From contig NW_026867059.1 in the NCBI RefSeq assembly GCF_026571515.1, positions 1 to 64,000 of the forward strand: a DNA stretch of 64,000 nucleotides, read 5' to 3'. Below, piece after piece: positions 51,041 to 63,999 of this stretch (position 1 is its first letter; every line of letters starts with the position of its first letter). Under the pieces are notes generated by a model. That model searched no databases and had not been told where the DNA came from. It worked only from the letters and a program-made list of their open reading frames with translations. Position numbers and translations under genes: made by a program. This DNA is from Ruditapes philippinarum. Lineage: Eukaryota.

Positions 51041-54000
51041 ATGAGACGAAATTCAACAAAAACTGAACGTTCTAGGTCAGATTTTAAAGTGGTGAAGAAA
51101 TGCACTGAATGTAGTAAAGAGGTAAATTTTACGTTTTCTCTAAATTTTGCATGTTTTGCAGGTTTCTTGTGTCACGGTTCAGAACTGTTCACTATTTAGA
51201 TGAGAAGATGTGTAAACGGCTGGATAGCTAAATCGGTAGAGCCACGGTAAGGTATTCCGAGAATCCCGGGTTTGAGTCCAGGCCAGTCTGCACATTTTTC
51301 TCACTCTGTGACATTTGGCGCCGAACGGATATAGCTCAGAGTTTAATTCACATAGCTCTATAACTCTGTGAAACCGGCGGCACGAAATACCCAAATACAC
51401 CCAAATATACCCAAATATTGCCCATATATACCCAAATATAGCAATAATCATTTTTGTTTGTATAAAATACAGATTATGATGAGAAAATGAATTAATATTT
51501 ATAACATTGTATGACTTAGGCAACTATAACTTTCATTCATTCAGATGTTGTAAGACAAAATAAAAATAATCTTGTGACATTGGCTTATTTAGGTTCATTA
51601 ATGAATATACTAGCAATATATGATAAAGATATGATAAAATTTGTTGTCTACATTTTTTTAGTGTATTACTTTGTTCAAATTTCATACAAGTGTCCATCGT
51701 ATTATTTTCTTTAATTTAATTTTAATATAGCTTTAATGGAGTATACTGTATTTGGGTAGATTCTATATTTTGGTGATAGGAAAGTGTATAAATGGGTATG
51801 TATGGTTTTATCTTATTCTTAGTGAACGTTTATATTGTAATTCATAATAAAAACAGCACTTTTTGTTATTAAACATTTATTTTTAGTATATTTGGACGTT
51901 ATTTTTAGTATATTTGGACAATATTTGGGTATATTTGGGTATTTCGTGCTGCCCCTGTGAAACAGAGGATGAATTTCAATATAGCAGGGGAGTATGTCAC
52001 GGTTCACCATATAGACGTGTAAGCCTTTTTACTTACCTTATGTACAAATCTTTACGTACTACGCAGCACTTGTCAATAAATATAATCTTCGCCTCCAGGC
52101 ATAACTTAAACTGAATTGGTGACTAAACAGTTACTGCCGATAATTGACCGCAATTAACACCTTTAAGAGACATGACATGCAGATTAATCGGACATAATTG
52201 CCCTCTAATTTGCCGATGAAAATTCACGAATTCGAAAACCTAGCTAAACACCGTTTTCCGGTACTTTCTGTACATAGCTCTTGGGAATTCACCTAATGGA
52301 GTGTAATAGCGAACTCGATGTTTTCGGCCTTTTTTTAAATTAAATTGAAATAAAACAGTTATTTCTTTATAAGAAAATAATTAAATATCATTGTATGAAT
52401 AATTCCATACAAAAAGTAAAGTAAATACACAAGAAAATATCCTTGTTTATTATGGAGGATTCCACTACGTCTGTTTGAATTTTATTGATTTTCATTATAA
52501 ATAATTTATTTTTTTGAATAATTTGCAATAGATATTAAAGGAATATTGATAATTTTCAAAAACATCAATTTTTTCACCTTAAACGCTTAAATAATGATAG
52601 AAAAATAGAAATATCAGGTAACTGTGTTATTTACTTCATTTGGTGTAATTCCCCACAGCTAAAACGGTAACGGTCCGGAAAACGGTGTTTAGCTAGGTTT
52701 TCGAAAAGGTCAATATCACAATTATTTGAGCATAATTTAATTTATACGACACTTGCCACTTTTAAATCAGCAATTTAAAAAGTTTACAACCGCACTCGGT
52801 CTTACTTTATTTGACAGTTATTACACACAACGTCACACTGAACGTGTTAAATTACTTGCATATAAATTAATACACAACAGCAGCACAAGTAAATGGCTTG
52901 ACACAGTTATGTTTGCATCAAGTTAAAGTCGGCGGCACCTTTGATCTTCTTTGAATAGCAGTAGCAAAAGAACAGATTCACAATTGGTAAATAACTAAAT
53001 TCATTAAAACTGGATCATATAAACACCTGTTAAAATGTGATGAAAGACTATAGAATTAATCTGTTTTAACATTACAACCTGTAATTTTTAGCTCGACTTT
53101 TCTATGAAAAGGGGAGCTATCCTACTCGCCCCGGCGTCGGCGTCGGCGTTGGCGTCACACCTTGGTTAAGTTTTTCGTACCACCCCACTTTATTTCAGAA
53201 GTATTACAAGTATGGCTTTGAAACTTACCATACTTGTTCACCATCATAACCTCCATCTACAGACAAGAGTACATAACTCTGTCAAGGTTTTTGACAGAAT
53301 TATGGCCCTTTTTTGACTTAGAAAGTGTATTGAGCTTGGTTAAGTTTTTGTACCACCTCACTTTATTTCAAAACCATTGGAGGTATTGCTTTGAAACTGA
53401 CCATACTTGTTTACCATCACGACCTTCATCAACAGACAAGAGGACATAACTCTGTCAAGGTTTTTGACAGAATTATGCCCCTTTTTGACTTAGAAAATAC
53501 ATTGAATATGGGTAAAATCCACTTATTGCCTTAACCCTTTGAGATATTGCTTTGAAACTTTTAATGCTATTTCACATCATTACCCCCATCTGTACGCAAG
53601 AGAAGGTAACTCTGTCAAGGATTTGTTTTAAAAATTAAGGTCTTTTATCGACTTAGAATCTTGGTTAAGTTTTTAGTACCAGTCCACTTTTTGACTGAAC
53701 TGTTTGAGATATTAATTTGAAAGTTGGAATACTTGTTTACAATCATGATTCCCAAACATGTCCAGGAGAAGGTAATTCTGTCAAAGATTTTATTTGAATT
53801 ATGGCCCTTAACTGTCAATGTTTTGTATTATAGGCAAGCACTAAAAAACTTAAAAAATCTAAAAAAATTCATTCCTATCCACTTGTTCACTTTACCATAA
53901 ATTATGTCATATAAACATTGCTGTAATATTCAAGGGTATCAAACAACTAGTTCACTTTAAAAATACAGAGATTCTTGTATTGCCTTTTACTGCAAAAACT

Positions 54001-57000
54001 TTTTTTATTGGCAAGCAATAAAAAAGTCGAGCGCGCTGTCTTACGGACAGCTCTTGTTTATTGTTTTGTGTGTACTTTACTCAAAACATTAATCTATAAA
54101 AAAAACCAATGAACATAAAAAAAAACGGATTTAATAAATGGAAAATAACTTTGATTTTTTAGGAAATCATGATTTTTGGTTTTTAACTTTTATTTCATTG
54201 AAAAGACAGAGCATCAGACGATCACCACTCGATTTCTGTCCATTCATTTTAGGCCGTAACCCCATTATGTCTTATTATTAATGCAATATAATACTTGTTG
54301 AATTAAAATAAAAAAATCTGTATTTGTATTACATAAAAAAATCTGCATTTGTAATCCTATTATGTACATCTTTTATATATATAATTCAAATATTAATATA
54401 TCTGAGTAAATAGATAAAACATCTTTTTATAGATCAAATCAATGTGCCTAGCACTTTTTCACTTCTCCCTATGTCTTCAAACTTCTCTTTGATAGGAGCT
54501 GAAGGAGGAGTCACTTCTCCCTAAAATTTTGTTCTAGCTAGAGCCCTGTGTTCAAATGTATACAAATCCGCACACCTGCCTTCAAAATCAACTTTTTTAT
54601 TCCATTTCCAATATTTTCACATAACCCTTGATTCTATCGACACAGAGCATATTATTCTACATTTTAAACTTCATCTTTAATATATACAAACAACACAACA
54701 GGCAAAATTAACATCAAAACTATTGCCGATTTACGCAATTTAAATAAATCATTTGACAAATTCAAACATGGCTCCCAACAACAGTCAAAATAAACAACAA
54801 AACTATCACTGTTAACTTCATTTTAAAAAAAATCTTCTGACAAATAAAAAAGTGAATATGGGAACCAGTCTAGCTAAAGTCGGAGCAATTCAGTAAAATG
54901 TTGGTTCCCATTTTCAAAGCACCCCATTCAGGCACACAATGCTTTAAAAAGATAACAGCTCTGTTTGTTTTCATGATGTATAGGTTTAGTAAAAATACAA
55001 TGTACAAAATGATTAATAATATGGTGATACTTTAATTTTAGATTCCAGTAGCTTGCAAAATGTGTCCACTGTGTAAATGTTACGTAACTCCAGCAAAATC
55101 TGTCAAAACTCCAAAAGGTAAGCATAAAGGTACTATGTTGTAATTTCATTTTCATTTAAAGTTATCCAGTAAACCAGATGTTGAGATATGACTGGCAAAA
55201 ATGATTTATAGTCTGCATTATAGAACGGAATAAATGTTTCTTCGCTTTTTGCAACCAATTCTGAAAACTGCTTTAAACTGTAGATTTACGCCACTAATAA
55301 TTACAAGGCTATTATTGCTTTTCAAATCGAGCAATATTTGTCTTGGAAATGATGCCGCAAATAATGTTCAGGTCACGTGTGGTATTGCCACACTGTGTTT
55401 TGAGCTGGTAAAAATTATTCATACATGTAATAATAAGATGTTTGAATTGTTAATTATCATATATGTATATAAAAAAAGATCATAATGAAAAAGGCATGTA
55501 GTTTATACAAATTTATTTTAGTTGGATTGTGTTGGAAGATATAAGCTTATTGAAACACTCTTGAATCCAATTCTTGAACCAACCAGTACTAAGCAATGAA
55601 TGTAAAGTTTCCTGCTCAAGGAAACAAAGGCTTGCCTCTGACAGGGTTTAAACCCACATGGTCAGCAATCCTTAGATTGCTAGTCTGACATGTTAACCAC
55701 TCTGCCAGGCCAACACACATAAAAAGGCATTTATTGTAAGTTGTATTGAACTAACTAACATAATTATTGGACTATAATTTTCCTATTTTTTAGATGATGA
55801 CAAAGAGGTTGATGCTAAGATACGAAGGACAGAAAGAATTCGTAGAGAAAGACCCGACTTCTTTAATGCCATGAAAGTTGATAATCAGTTTAAAAAGAAA
55901 AGGAAAAGAAAAGAGGTATGGTCGATAAACTGAGAATTAAAATTAATGTCAGTATAAATCATTCATAAAATCTGTTTTCATAAGTTTAGTTTTGACATTT
56001 TATTAGTTGATTACAATATGTCAATAGATTCTGATCTTTTATCCCTGATTTAGGCACATGAGGAGCTTTAAGTGCTTTTATCATCTATTTGAATAATAAT
56101 AAAAAAATGAAAGTTCATCATCAAGAGATACTAGTAGTCATGCTCTTTTCATTTTGTTGAACAGTCCAATAACAAAATATTGCTTAAGCACTTATTTCTC
56201 ACCACACCTTATTATTTACTACTTGATGGAGCCTCCATGGCTGTGTGGCTACTGTCACTGACTTTGAATCACTTGTACCCAACTGCTGTGGGTTTGAATT
56301 TGTAACAATACTAAAGATTTCATATGAGTATGCTATCCAACTAGCTTATGGAAGGTTGGTGATTCTAATTAGGTGCCAGCTTGTGCCAGTAATAATGCTC
56401 AAAAGGGAACCCTGGTTTTTTCCACTTTTTGTGCCCCCACGTAAGTGGCGGGCATTTAGATTTACCCTCGTCTGTCCGTCCTTCCGTCCGTCCGTTCACT
56501 TTTGTGTCGCACGTAACTCAAAAAGTATTTGACCTAGAGTCATTAAACTTTACAGGAATGTTGATCAGCATGTGTAGTTGTGCACCTGGGTATTTTCGTG
56601 TGGATATTTTTAGTATTTTCAGAGTTATTGCCCTTGACTTAGTAAAATTTTGCAATTTTCAACTTGTGTCGCACGTAACTCAAAAAGTATTTGACCTAGA
56701 GTCATGAAACTTTACAGGAATGTTGATCAGCATGTGTAGTTGTGCACCTGGGTATTTTCGTGTGGATATTTTTAGTATTTTCAGAGTTATTGCCCTTGAC
56801 TTAGTAAAATTTTGCAATTTTCAACATGTGTCGCACGTAACTCAAAAAGTATTTGACCTAGAGTCATGTAACTTTACAGGAATATTGATCAGCATGTGCA
56901 GTTGTGCACCAGGTATTTTCGTCTGGATTTATTTAGTATTTTTAGAGTTATTGCCCTTCACTTAGAAAATTTTTGCAATTTTCAACTTGTGTCGCAAGTT

Positions 57001-59507
57001 ACTCAAAAAGGATTTGACATAGTCATTAAACCTTATGGGCAGGTTGCTCAGCATATTTAGATTTGCACCTGGGGTTTCGCTTGTGGATTTATCCAGTATT
57101 TGTAGAGTTATTTCCCTTGACTTAGTAAAAAGATTGACAGAACAGTGGCGCGGTGGGGGCACCCGTGTCCTATGGACACATTTCTAGTTTAGTCTAAAGC
57201 TAGAAAGACACAATATGACCTGTGCCTGAAAACTCAACTAAAAATAAAAGTAACAACAGGATGACCAGAACCCAAACTATGGATAGATTTTTCAAAATCT
57301 TACTTGATATAAACATTTAAAACCTTTCATTACATTCAACATAACTATATACCAGGGTATCTGAAAATTGTAACTCTCCTACCATGAGCTCACAAGTATT
57401 TGAATTTTGATTAAATAAAATTTGCTCATGAAAATATTAAATATTATTTTGTCAGAGTACAGCCAGTATATCTAGTATTGGTAGCACAAGTACAGCACCT
57501 AAACCTACCACAATCCCAGTGAAGGTTCCCACAGATGATGCTGATGCTCCAAAGAGAAGAAGAGGTCGGCCGAAAAGTGTTGCTAGTGTATGTGCTAGTA
57601 TAGATCCTTCAGATAAAGGTTAGTGTTTAATTTACTTAATAGTTATCTTAGTTACTCAGTTTTGGTTACACTAAAGTCGTATACAATATGGAAGCCTGGT
57701 CATCATTTTCATGAATGATCTTGAAAAATAAACTCTTCTCTTGAAATATTTTATATTGGTCAATGAAGTTGAAATGTTATGTCTTAGCAGCCGCAACATA
57801 TTTGAGTTTCATTAAATTTTATTTACTATAATATATATATTAGTCTATTTCCTTGTCATAGTGCTTTCATCTGACATATATTTGCACAGATTTGGTGTAA
57901 CTTTTGCACATTCCTGCATTACCGGATAAGAATATACACATCATGGCATTTGTATAAAACTCTGGTTATAACCAAAGTTTTATGTGCAACTTCTTTTGCA
58001 ATTTCACTGCAACTTCACACATGTCTTACACATATATAGTTCAATGTCTTAGACATACGAGGGTTGTCCCAATATTCTGTGACAAGATTGTTTAAAAGCT
58101 AAATAAAACAGGTACGAATTTGATATTTTAATATGTTATAAACCCATATAATTTAAACATTTTCACAAATTTTCATAGATAAATATCAACAAACAACAAA
58201 AATATGCCATAAACACCATGGCAACTAACTGAATCGCCGCGCACGTCCAACGTCAAAGATGGCGTTAAATCCATATAAGGCGCCTTTCTCAAATACTCTC
58301 AATGGCTTTCAACGCAATAATTGTACCCATAAATCGTCAATTTCTGACTTAAATCATGTGGTTGTTAATGTCTGTTGAATGTTTGGATGGCATACATTAA
58401 TTTTTGCTATACGCGAACTTCCGGTCTCGTTACTCCTGTTTTAGCTGTAGGAAATAGGCGACGAAGATCGGTCTTCCTATCCGTGTTTTCCTTATTTTCG
58501 CTTTTTGTAGCGCAAAACTCTGGTTCCGTTCATGCCTTTTGTACACAAATGCTCAGAATATGTTGCTAAACTGTTATATTTGGTATATTTGTTGAAAATC
58601 GTTACATGTGTCATCTCTAAATAGTCATGAAACCCGAGTGACATGTTCTTAGCGCCGCAAATTCTTCGAACGTCGTCATTTTAACTTTCCTATGTTATAT
58701 GAGATATTTTCATTTATTCGTATCTTTTTCGTTTTTTAAGTTATTTAACTAAAATTTTTAGAGATGATTTAAACATAGCAGAAGAGGTAGTCAATGTGAC
58801 ATTGTGCAGACACATCATCAGATATTTGAAATATACGTAATTAATTTCAGCCTATTCATAACAAAATGTAAATTATATGACGTGCGCCGGCAACTCAAAC
58901 CAATGTCGTTTATACTGAAAATTTCCAAGTAACTAGGGTAATTTTTTTGTAAATGATTTGTTGTAATGTTAAATAATAAACTTAACGGTTATATGTGTGA
59001 ATTATTTTCTTTTGGCGTTAAAAATGAACCGGCTATAAAATTTGTCACGGACTTTTGGGACAACCCTCGTACATAGTTCAAAGTCTTACACATACATATT
59101 TCAAAGTCTTACACATAACTAGTTCAAAGTCTTACACATATATAGTTCAAAGTCCCTAGGATGGATTTTGATTGAATTATGGCCTGTTTTGATTTTCCTG
59201 TGTCATGTATTTTGAAAGAAATATTCTTCCCTTTAATTAATACAGTATCCATTATTTTGTTTTACTATCAAGCACTGAAAATTAGTTGAGCACTCTGTGA
59301 AACTGAAAGCTCTTCATATTTATGTCTTGGAGTTATTGTCCAATCACCAAAGTTGTTTCTTATCCATGTCCAGGTTCAGAAACAAAATCACCTCTACCAG
59401 AAGAAGACTGGTATGCCAACCTTCCACCAGAGAAATTCATGCAGTACAAGATAATTCTGGCAGAAATCAACAGGAAGTTCTCTACACAAAATTTCAAACC
59501 AGTCTGA
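51041..59507 (+). CDS. C16orf87: UPF0547 protein C16orf87 homolog, about 191 aa, 5 coding exons: 51041-51121, 55042-55117, 55794-55915, 57456-57618, 59374-59507
   Basis: GT-AG introns, phases 0,1,0,1. Protein: MRRNSTKTERSRSDFKVVKKCTECSKE|IPVACKMCPLCKCYVTPAKSVKTPK|DDDKEVDAKIRRTERIRRERPDFFNAMKVDNQFKKKRKRKE|STAS...APKRRRGRPKSVASVCASIDPSDK|GSETKSPLPEEDWYANLPPEKFMQYKIILAEINRKFSTQNFKPV*. Matches remembered C16orf87 hallmarks: KxCxxC..PVACKxCP zinc ribbon, RRTERVRRE, RGRPKS AT-hook, YANL...LAEINRK. Confidence 0.88.
51170..52006 (+). mobile_element. Miniature LTR retroelement copy in intron 1 of C16orf87, interrupted by a MITE
   Basis: LTR1 tgtcacggtt...tgtgaca (51170-51313) with tRNA A/B boxes; PBS-like tttggcgccgaac; PPT atagcaggggagta; truncated LTR2 tgtcacggttca from 51995. 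Confidence 0.75.
51375..51954. mobile_element. Mutator-like MITE with 9-bp target-site duplication
   Basis: CTGTGAAAC on both sides; TIRs cggcggcacgaaatacccaaata / tatttgggtatttcgtgctgccc, with internal acccaaatat repeats. Confidence 0.75.
52231..52705. mobile_element. MITE-like element with 31-bp inverted repeats
   Basis: ttcgaaaacctagctaaacaccgttttccgg / ccggaaaacggtgtttagctaggttttcgaa. Confidence 0.65.
53085..54059 (-). mobile_element. HINE-type element with decayed internal tandem repeats
   Basis: tttttagctcgac...(cggcgt)n microsatellite; about 4 repeats containing ataactctgtcaagg; end agtcgagcgc-gctgtc ttacg gacagc-tcttgttt. Confidence 0.8.
55510..55720 (-). mobile_element. Degenerate tRNA-derived SINE
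   Basis: Minus strand: gcagagtggttaac A-box, gggtttaaaccc B-box, ccttgagcagg core, and a tail related to 28720-28822. Confidence 0.55.
56426..57190 (-). mobile_element. HINE-type element with four 162-bp tandem repeats, inserted in a SINE relic
   Basis: tttttgtgcccccac...(ccgt)n; repeat units start at 56503, 56665, 56827, 56988; end gtgggggcac-ccgtgtcctatggacac-atttctagttt. Confidence 0.85.
58058..59069. mobile_element. Tc1/mariner-like non-autonomous element inserted in a 23-bp minisatellite
   Basis: TA-CGAGGGTTGTCCCAA...TTGGGACAACCCTCG-TA; units gtcttacacatatatagttcaaa on both sides. Confidence 0.8.
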
Positions 59508-62385
59508 GGAAAAAATGAAAACCAGAGCTTAATTTGAAACATAGACTGTGATTATTTCTTATGTAGAAATCATAGTGAAATTGACTATGTTCACTTTTGA
59601 AAAAGAGTTTTTCAAGGACCAAAATGTGTTCATTTAAAAACTAAGGAGAAATTGTCTTGCAGAAATGGTGTAAATCAGTGCAATATGTTAATTTAGTGGA
59701 TGTTGAATATAATAATATAAGAGCCTGTTTTAACAAGATAAAAATGTGTATACTTATGAATATGCATAAATTTTATATATGAAAATGTATTCAGATATTG
59801 TATTGCCCAAGATGCATATATTTAACCGAAATTAAATTCCTGGAGAAAAGAACTATATTTTTTCTTGGCAACATTGTGAAAATGTTTACACATACATTGT
59901 TATGACTTTAAACTGTGTGTAAATTGGAGTATTTCACATGTAGAAATTTTGGCCTCTGCATAACTAGATGCACCTTTAATTTACATATCTAATTTAGTTA
60001 CAGTTATTTTGATAAACAATGTATCACTATGTAACTAAAAGTGGAATAATCGGGTCATGATGTCAAGTTGTACACAGACACTTATAAAAACTTGTATTTC
60101 TTTGAGAAAAGTGTCATTTTTATATGTTTATGGACCAGAATGCGTTAGAGGATATTGCCAATTTATAGTATTTTTTAAGAGGGTATAAAACTATATCTAT
60201 TGTAATGTTTGTTAATTTTATAATTGCATATGGAGTAATGTTGTTCAAAATCTTACGTTTTTATTTAGACATCAGATATATAACTTTTTACTTTTTGAAG
60301 GGATATCACTGAGGTTTTTTTAACATGACAGGACAGGAATTTAAAAAAAAAATTGTCCCACTTGACGAATAATCTTTTTAGAAAATCATTTGCTCAAGTT
60401 GAGGAACTAACACACAAATGAAAAGCATTCTAAAGGTTTTAATTCAAATCGGTTATGAATGACACAATTTTTTTGGGGGGGATTTATTAATTCTGAGAAT
60501 ATTTCTTTGTAACCTTGTGTACATTTTCTGTTTTAAGTGCCCAAGTAGATCTATATAGGAATTTTGAATTTTGTTTTCATATTTTTGGACCTCAGTGGAG
60601 CGCCTTTTAAGTTGGAAACTTTGTAACAGAATAAAATAGAAAGTGGTGTGTAGTATTTGTAAAAACATTTTTATGCTGTAGTTGTATATATTTTCTCTCT
60701 CAAATTTTGTTTTTGTGATAATTATATTGTTTATTGTATTGAAGATATTGATAAAACTTACATTTTGAAATAAATGGAATTTGAAAAGTTGTATAATGTA
60801 TTCGCATTGTCTAATGTATTCACATTTTCTGCACACTTACTAAGTATTAGCCATTAAATTGTTGCATACTGAAATGTGTTTATATTCTAGGACAGGTTAC
60901 TCAACAAACGCTAGGTGACTCCAATTTCTTTTCGCTCAAAATGTTTCTAAAATCATGCAAAGTTTAAATTGATTCTTTATTAAGAGAGTATTCATTCTGC
61001 CTATATGGATATATGAAAATTGTAGCTTACGGAGATTTATTGAAAACTGTTACATTACAAGGGCAAAAACCATGGACCTTTTTGCAAAAATACTTTTTAG
61101 TTTTGTCCCTTAGTTAAAAACTTGCTATATTCATCAGATATTTGAAGAGTATTCAGGGTCATACAAATATTTTTTAAAGATCCTAGTGTAATGCATGTCG
61201 TACGAAAGAACGCTTTTTAATTTAAGCAAATAAGTGGTTGAAGTGATATTTCGCCCAATGAAATCGTTTAATTTTAAAAATTCTTTATTACATTTAATTC
61301 ATTAAATCAGCACCAATTATGCTGGTAAATCAGCGTACTGTATCATACTGTCACTGTGTACATATTCAAAACATTATTTCAAGCATTATGTAGGTAAGTG
61401 TCTGTTAAGGCAGTATTTATTCCGTTAAATCTGTCACTCTTAATATATATGCATTTAATGTTAAACTTTATTTCAAACTGCATATCTATTGGACAAAATA
61501 TTTTCAAACACTAAATTTGATTAATGCTGGCTAACAAACATTAAACAATATTAAGTTATATCTAGACAACTAGAACAAAAACAAAAATGTTAACTTTGCT
61601 AGAAACATCACTATTCAAAATGATTAAGTTATGTAATCAAAGGAGTGATAAGTAACTATAATTATACACGAGTGCGTTTTGTAAGATGAAGAACATTTAC
61701 TCAATATTGGTTTCCAAGCAGTTTAGACTAGAAACAGCATCACTTTCAAATTGTGAAAGCTTGCCTATGATTGACTGTTTGAAAGGTCATATGAAGATGA
61801 CATCCTGTTGTTGCTTGTCAAATCCTATGCTTAGCATTAATTTGGAGCTGACTTTCATCAGATTGATTATGTGTTACATATAAGTTTATTCTCTGAATGT
61901 TCATTGTGACAATGGATTGTTTAAGCCACTAGTCTAGAAGTAAAAAGATACACCAGTTTGTCAAGTAAACGTTTTTAACAAAAAAAAACAAAAAAAAAAC
62001 AAAAAAAAAAACAGTAAAAAACAACATTTAGACAACAACTGTCACAGTTCAAATTTATGTAAGATAGCTGAAACTACTTGTGTGCAAGTATGTTAAATGT
62101 TGGTGGCACTCTGTTTGTTATAAGCTTGTTATAAGCTCACCAAGGGTGTTTGTGCCTTACCAATCTGGATGATGGCAACTTTAATATTGTAATTGTTTCC
62201 AGTGAGAAATAGTTTCTTTGTTTACAGAGTTACTGTAAAGAAATAGTTTATTGTTTACAGAGGTACTGTAAATAACAGTCACCAGTTCTTAATAAGTACC
62301 AATAATAAGCACCATCTATCATACAAAAGTTAATCCCTGTACATTTGTTAATATTTTGTCTGTCTTTGAAGCAAAATTTCTTTCA

Positions 62386-63999
62386 TTATTTTGACAGTTT
62401 GAAGAGTTTTATAAAGTTACTTTCTTTTAAAGCACGGTTGCTTGTGTACAATGTACATGTTTCAGCAGACCAGTAGACAGCTTGAGGGTATTTTATATCC
62501 TTTACAACAATCTGTCCTTCACTACAGTCTCCTGATATCTCTTCTATGGTATTGTTGTCTATACAAACAAACACAGTCCCATCATCTGACATTGTCAAGC
62601 CACGTGGACTGGCTGTACAAACATATTTACCTGTCACCTCACACTGCCAGTTTAACTTGGTAACTGTTTTTAATGAATAATCAGATACAAAGATACAATT
62701 GTCACTTGTTGTAATATAGTTTGGATTTTTGAAAATATTTTCATCTTGTATTGTCTGTAATACAGTGCCATTGATAAGAAGGATTTGAATTTTAGCTGGA
62801 TTGAGATATGACACCACCATTTTATCTTTATGACAGCTTATACCATAACATTTTCCGTCAACCTGTAGAGTGTGCTTCTTCCTGAGATTATTTCTAGAAA
62901 CAGAAAAGAACTGAATAGTTTGATGAAATGGCAATGTGACAGCAACTTCATTTTGTGAAACTGTTGTGACATCATAAGGTTCACTATCAAAGTTATGCTG
63001 AGCTTGAACAGACTTTCTACTGATATCAACTATTTTTATGGCCTTGTTGTTATAATCTGTGATGATAAGAAGATCAGGAGTAAGGAGAGTCATTCCTGTT
63101 ATCCAGCAATCAAGTCTGTCTTGTGATGTTTTGATACCGATTTTATCCATTTGTGAACATTGTCTGGACCTCAAAGCAGGAGATAATATCCTACCTTTCA
63201 GTGTCCCCAGTGACTTCTCTTTTGCAAGAAGATTTGATATTACCTCATTTGGTTCAAAATTATATTCTTTGACTTCAAATTCTGAGAGCTTAGAAACACT
63301 ATGTTCATATTCTTTTATCATCTGTTGTGCATGTTTTAGTTCCATGAACAAATCATTGGCTTGTTTGGAAGTATTAAGATTTTTAATGACATCAGAGGAT
63401 GACTTAACTGATTTAAATACATCTCGACATGCTGTTTCTACAGTCTTCAGATCCTTGACATTGTCTTCTTGGATGACTTTTGCAGCCTTTTTGACTTGTC
63501 TTTCCATTTCATCTAGTCTTTGGTTGATTTTTGCTCGGAATTTCAATATGTCTGTCAATGCTTCTGTCAAAGACTTGATCGATAACTCATTCATTTTCTT
63601 CATGTCTTGAAGTATTTTGCTTGATCGCTCAGTCATGTCGTTCAAATCCTTCAATACATCTTGATACTCTGTGCCATTGATGGTTTGGCCTGAAATGTCA
63701 GGTATATAGTTGACATTGCAAGATGTTACTGTATGCTCAAGTGTTACACAAACACTGCAAAGTAGAGCCTTATGATCATGGCAGTAAAACTTGATCATCT
63801 CAATGTTGTGTTTAGGACATGGTTTTGTGAAATTATCTGGTTGCCTTGGAGTTACAGTTGAAAGAGTCTGAGGCATGTTGGTCTTATCAAGTAATGCATG
63901 GTGTCTTGACAATGTGTGTCTTCTGTGGACGGTAAAACATGTTTCACACAAATGCTCTGAACAGTTTGTACAATAGCCATGGGCAGGAAGTCTAGGTCC
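62386..63999 (-). CDS. TRIM-like protein: B-box x2, coiled coil, NHL-like beta-propeller (5'-truncated by the window edge)
   Basis: Frame is open to the window end (GPRLPAHGYCTNCSEHLCETCFTVHRRHTLSRHH = B-box 1). CPKHNIEMIKFYCHDHKALLCSVCVTLEH = B-box 2. Helical heptad region follows, then propeller repeats ITDYNNKAIK, PYDV, CYGI, VSDYSLKTV, PRGL, PQAV. No intron over more than 1.6 kb. Confidence 0.9.
   Translation of the reverse strand, partial: GPRLPAHGYCTNCSEHLCETCFTVHRRHTLSRHHALLDKTNMPQTLSTVTPRQPDNFTKPCPKHNIEMIKFYCHDHKALLCSVCVTLEHTVTSCNVNYIPDISGQTINGTEYQDVLKDLNDMTERSSKILQDMKKMNELSIKSLTEALTDILKFRAKINQRLDEMERQVKKAAKVIQEDNVKDLKTVETACRDVFKSVKSSSDVIKNLNTSKQANDLFMELKHAQQMIKEYEHSVSKLSEFEVKEYNFEPNEVISNLLAKEKSLGTLKGRILSPALRSRQCSQMDKIGIKTSQDRLDCWITGMTLLTPDLLIITDYNNKAIKIVDISRKSVQAQHNFDSEPYDVTTVSQNEVAVTLPFHQTIQFFSVSRNNLRKKHTLQVDGKCYGISCHKDKMVVSYLNPAKIQILLINGTVLQTIQDENIFKNPNYITTSDNCIFVSDYSLKTVTKLNWQCEVTGKYVCTASPRGLTMSDDGTVFVCIDNNTIEEISGDCSEGQIVVKDIKYPQAVYWSAETCTLYTSNRALKESNFIKLFKLSK

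Noticed and set aside
55820-55870. CENP-C-like motif in RRTERIRRERPDFF
   Set aside because: Better explained as the conserved RRTERVRRE segment of C16orf87.
63059-63610. 183-aa plus-strand ORF
   Set aside because: Antisense shadow of the TRIM-like coding sequence, with no recognisable motifs.
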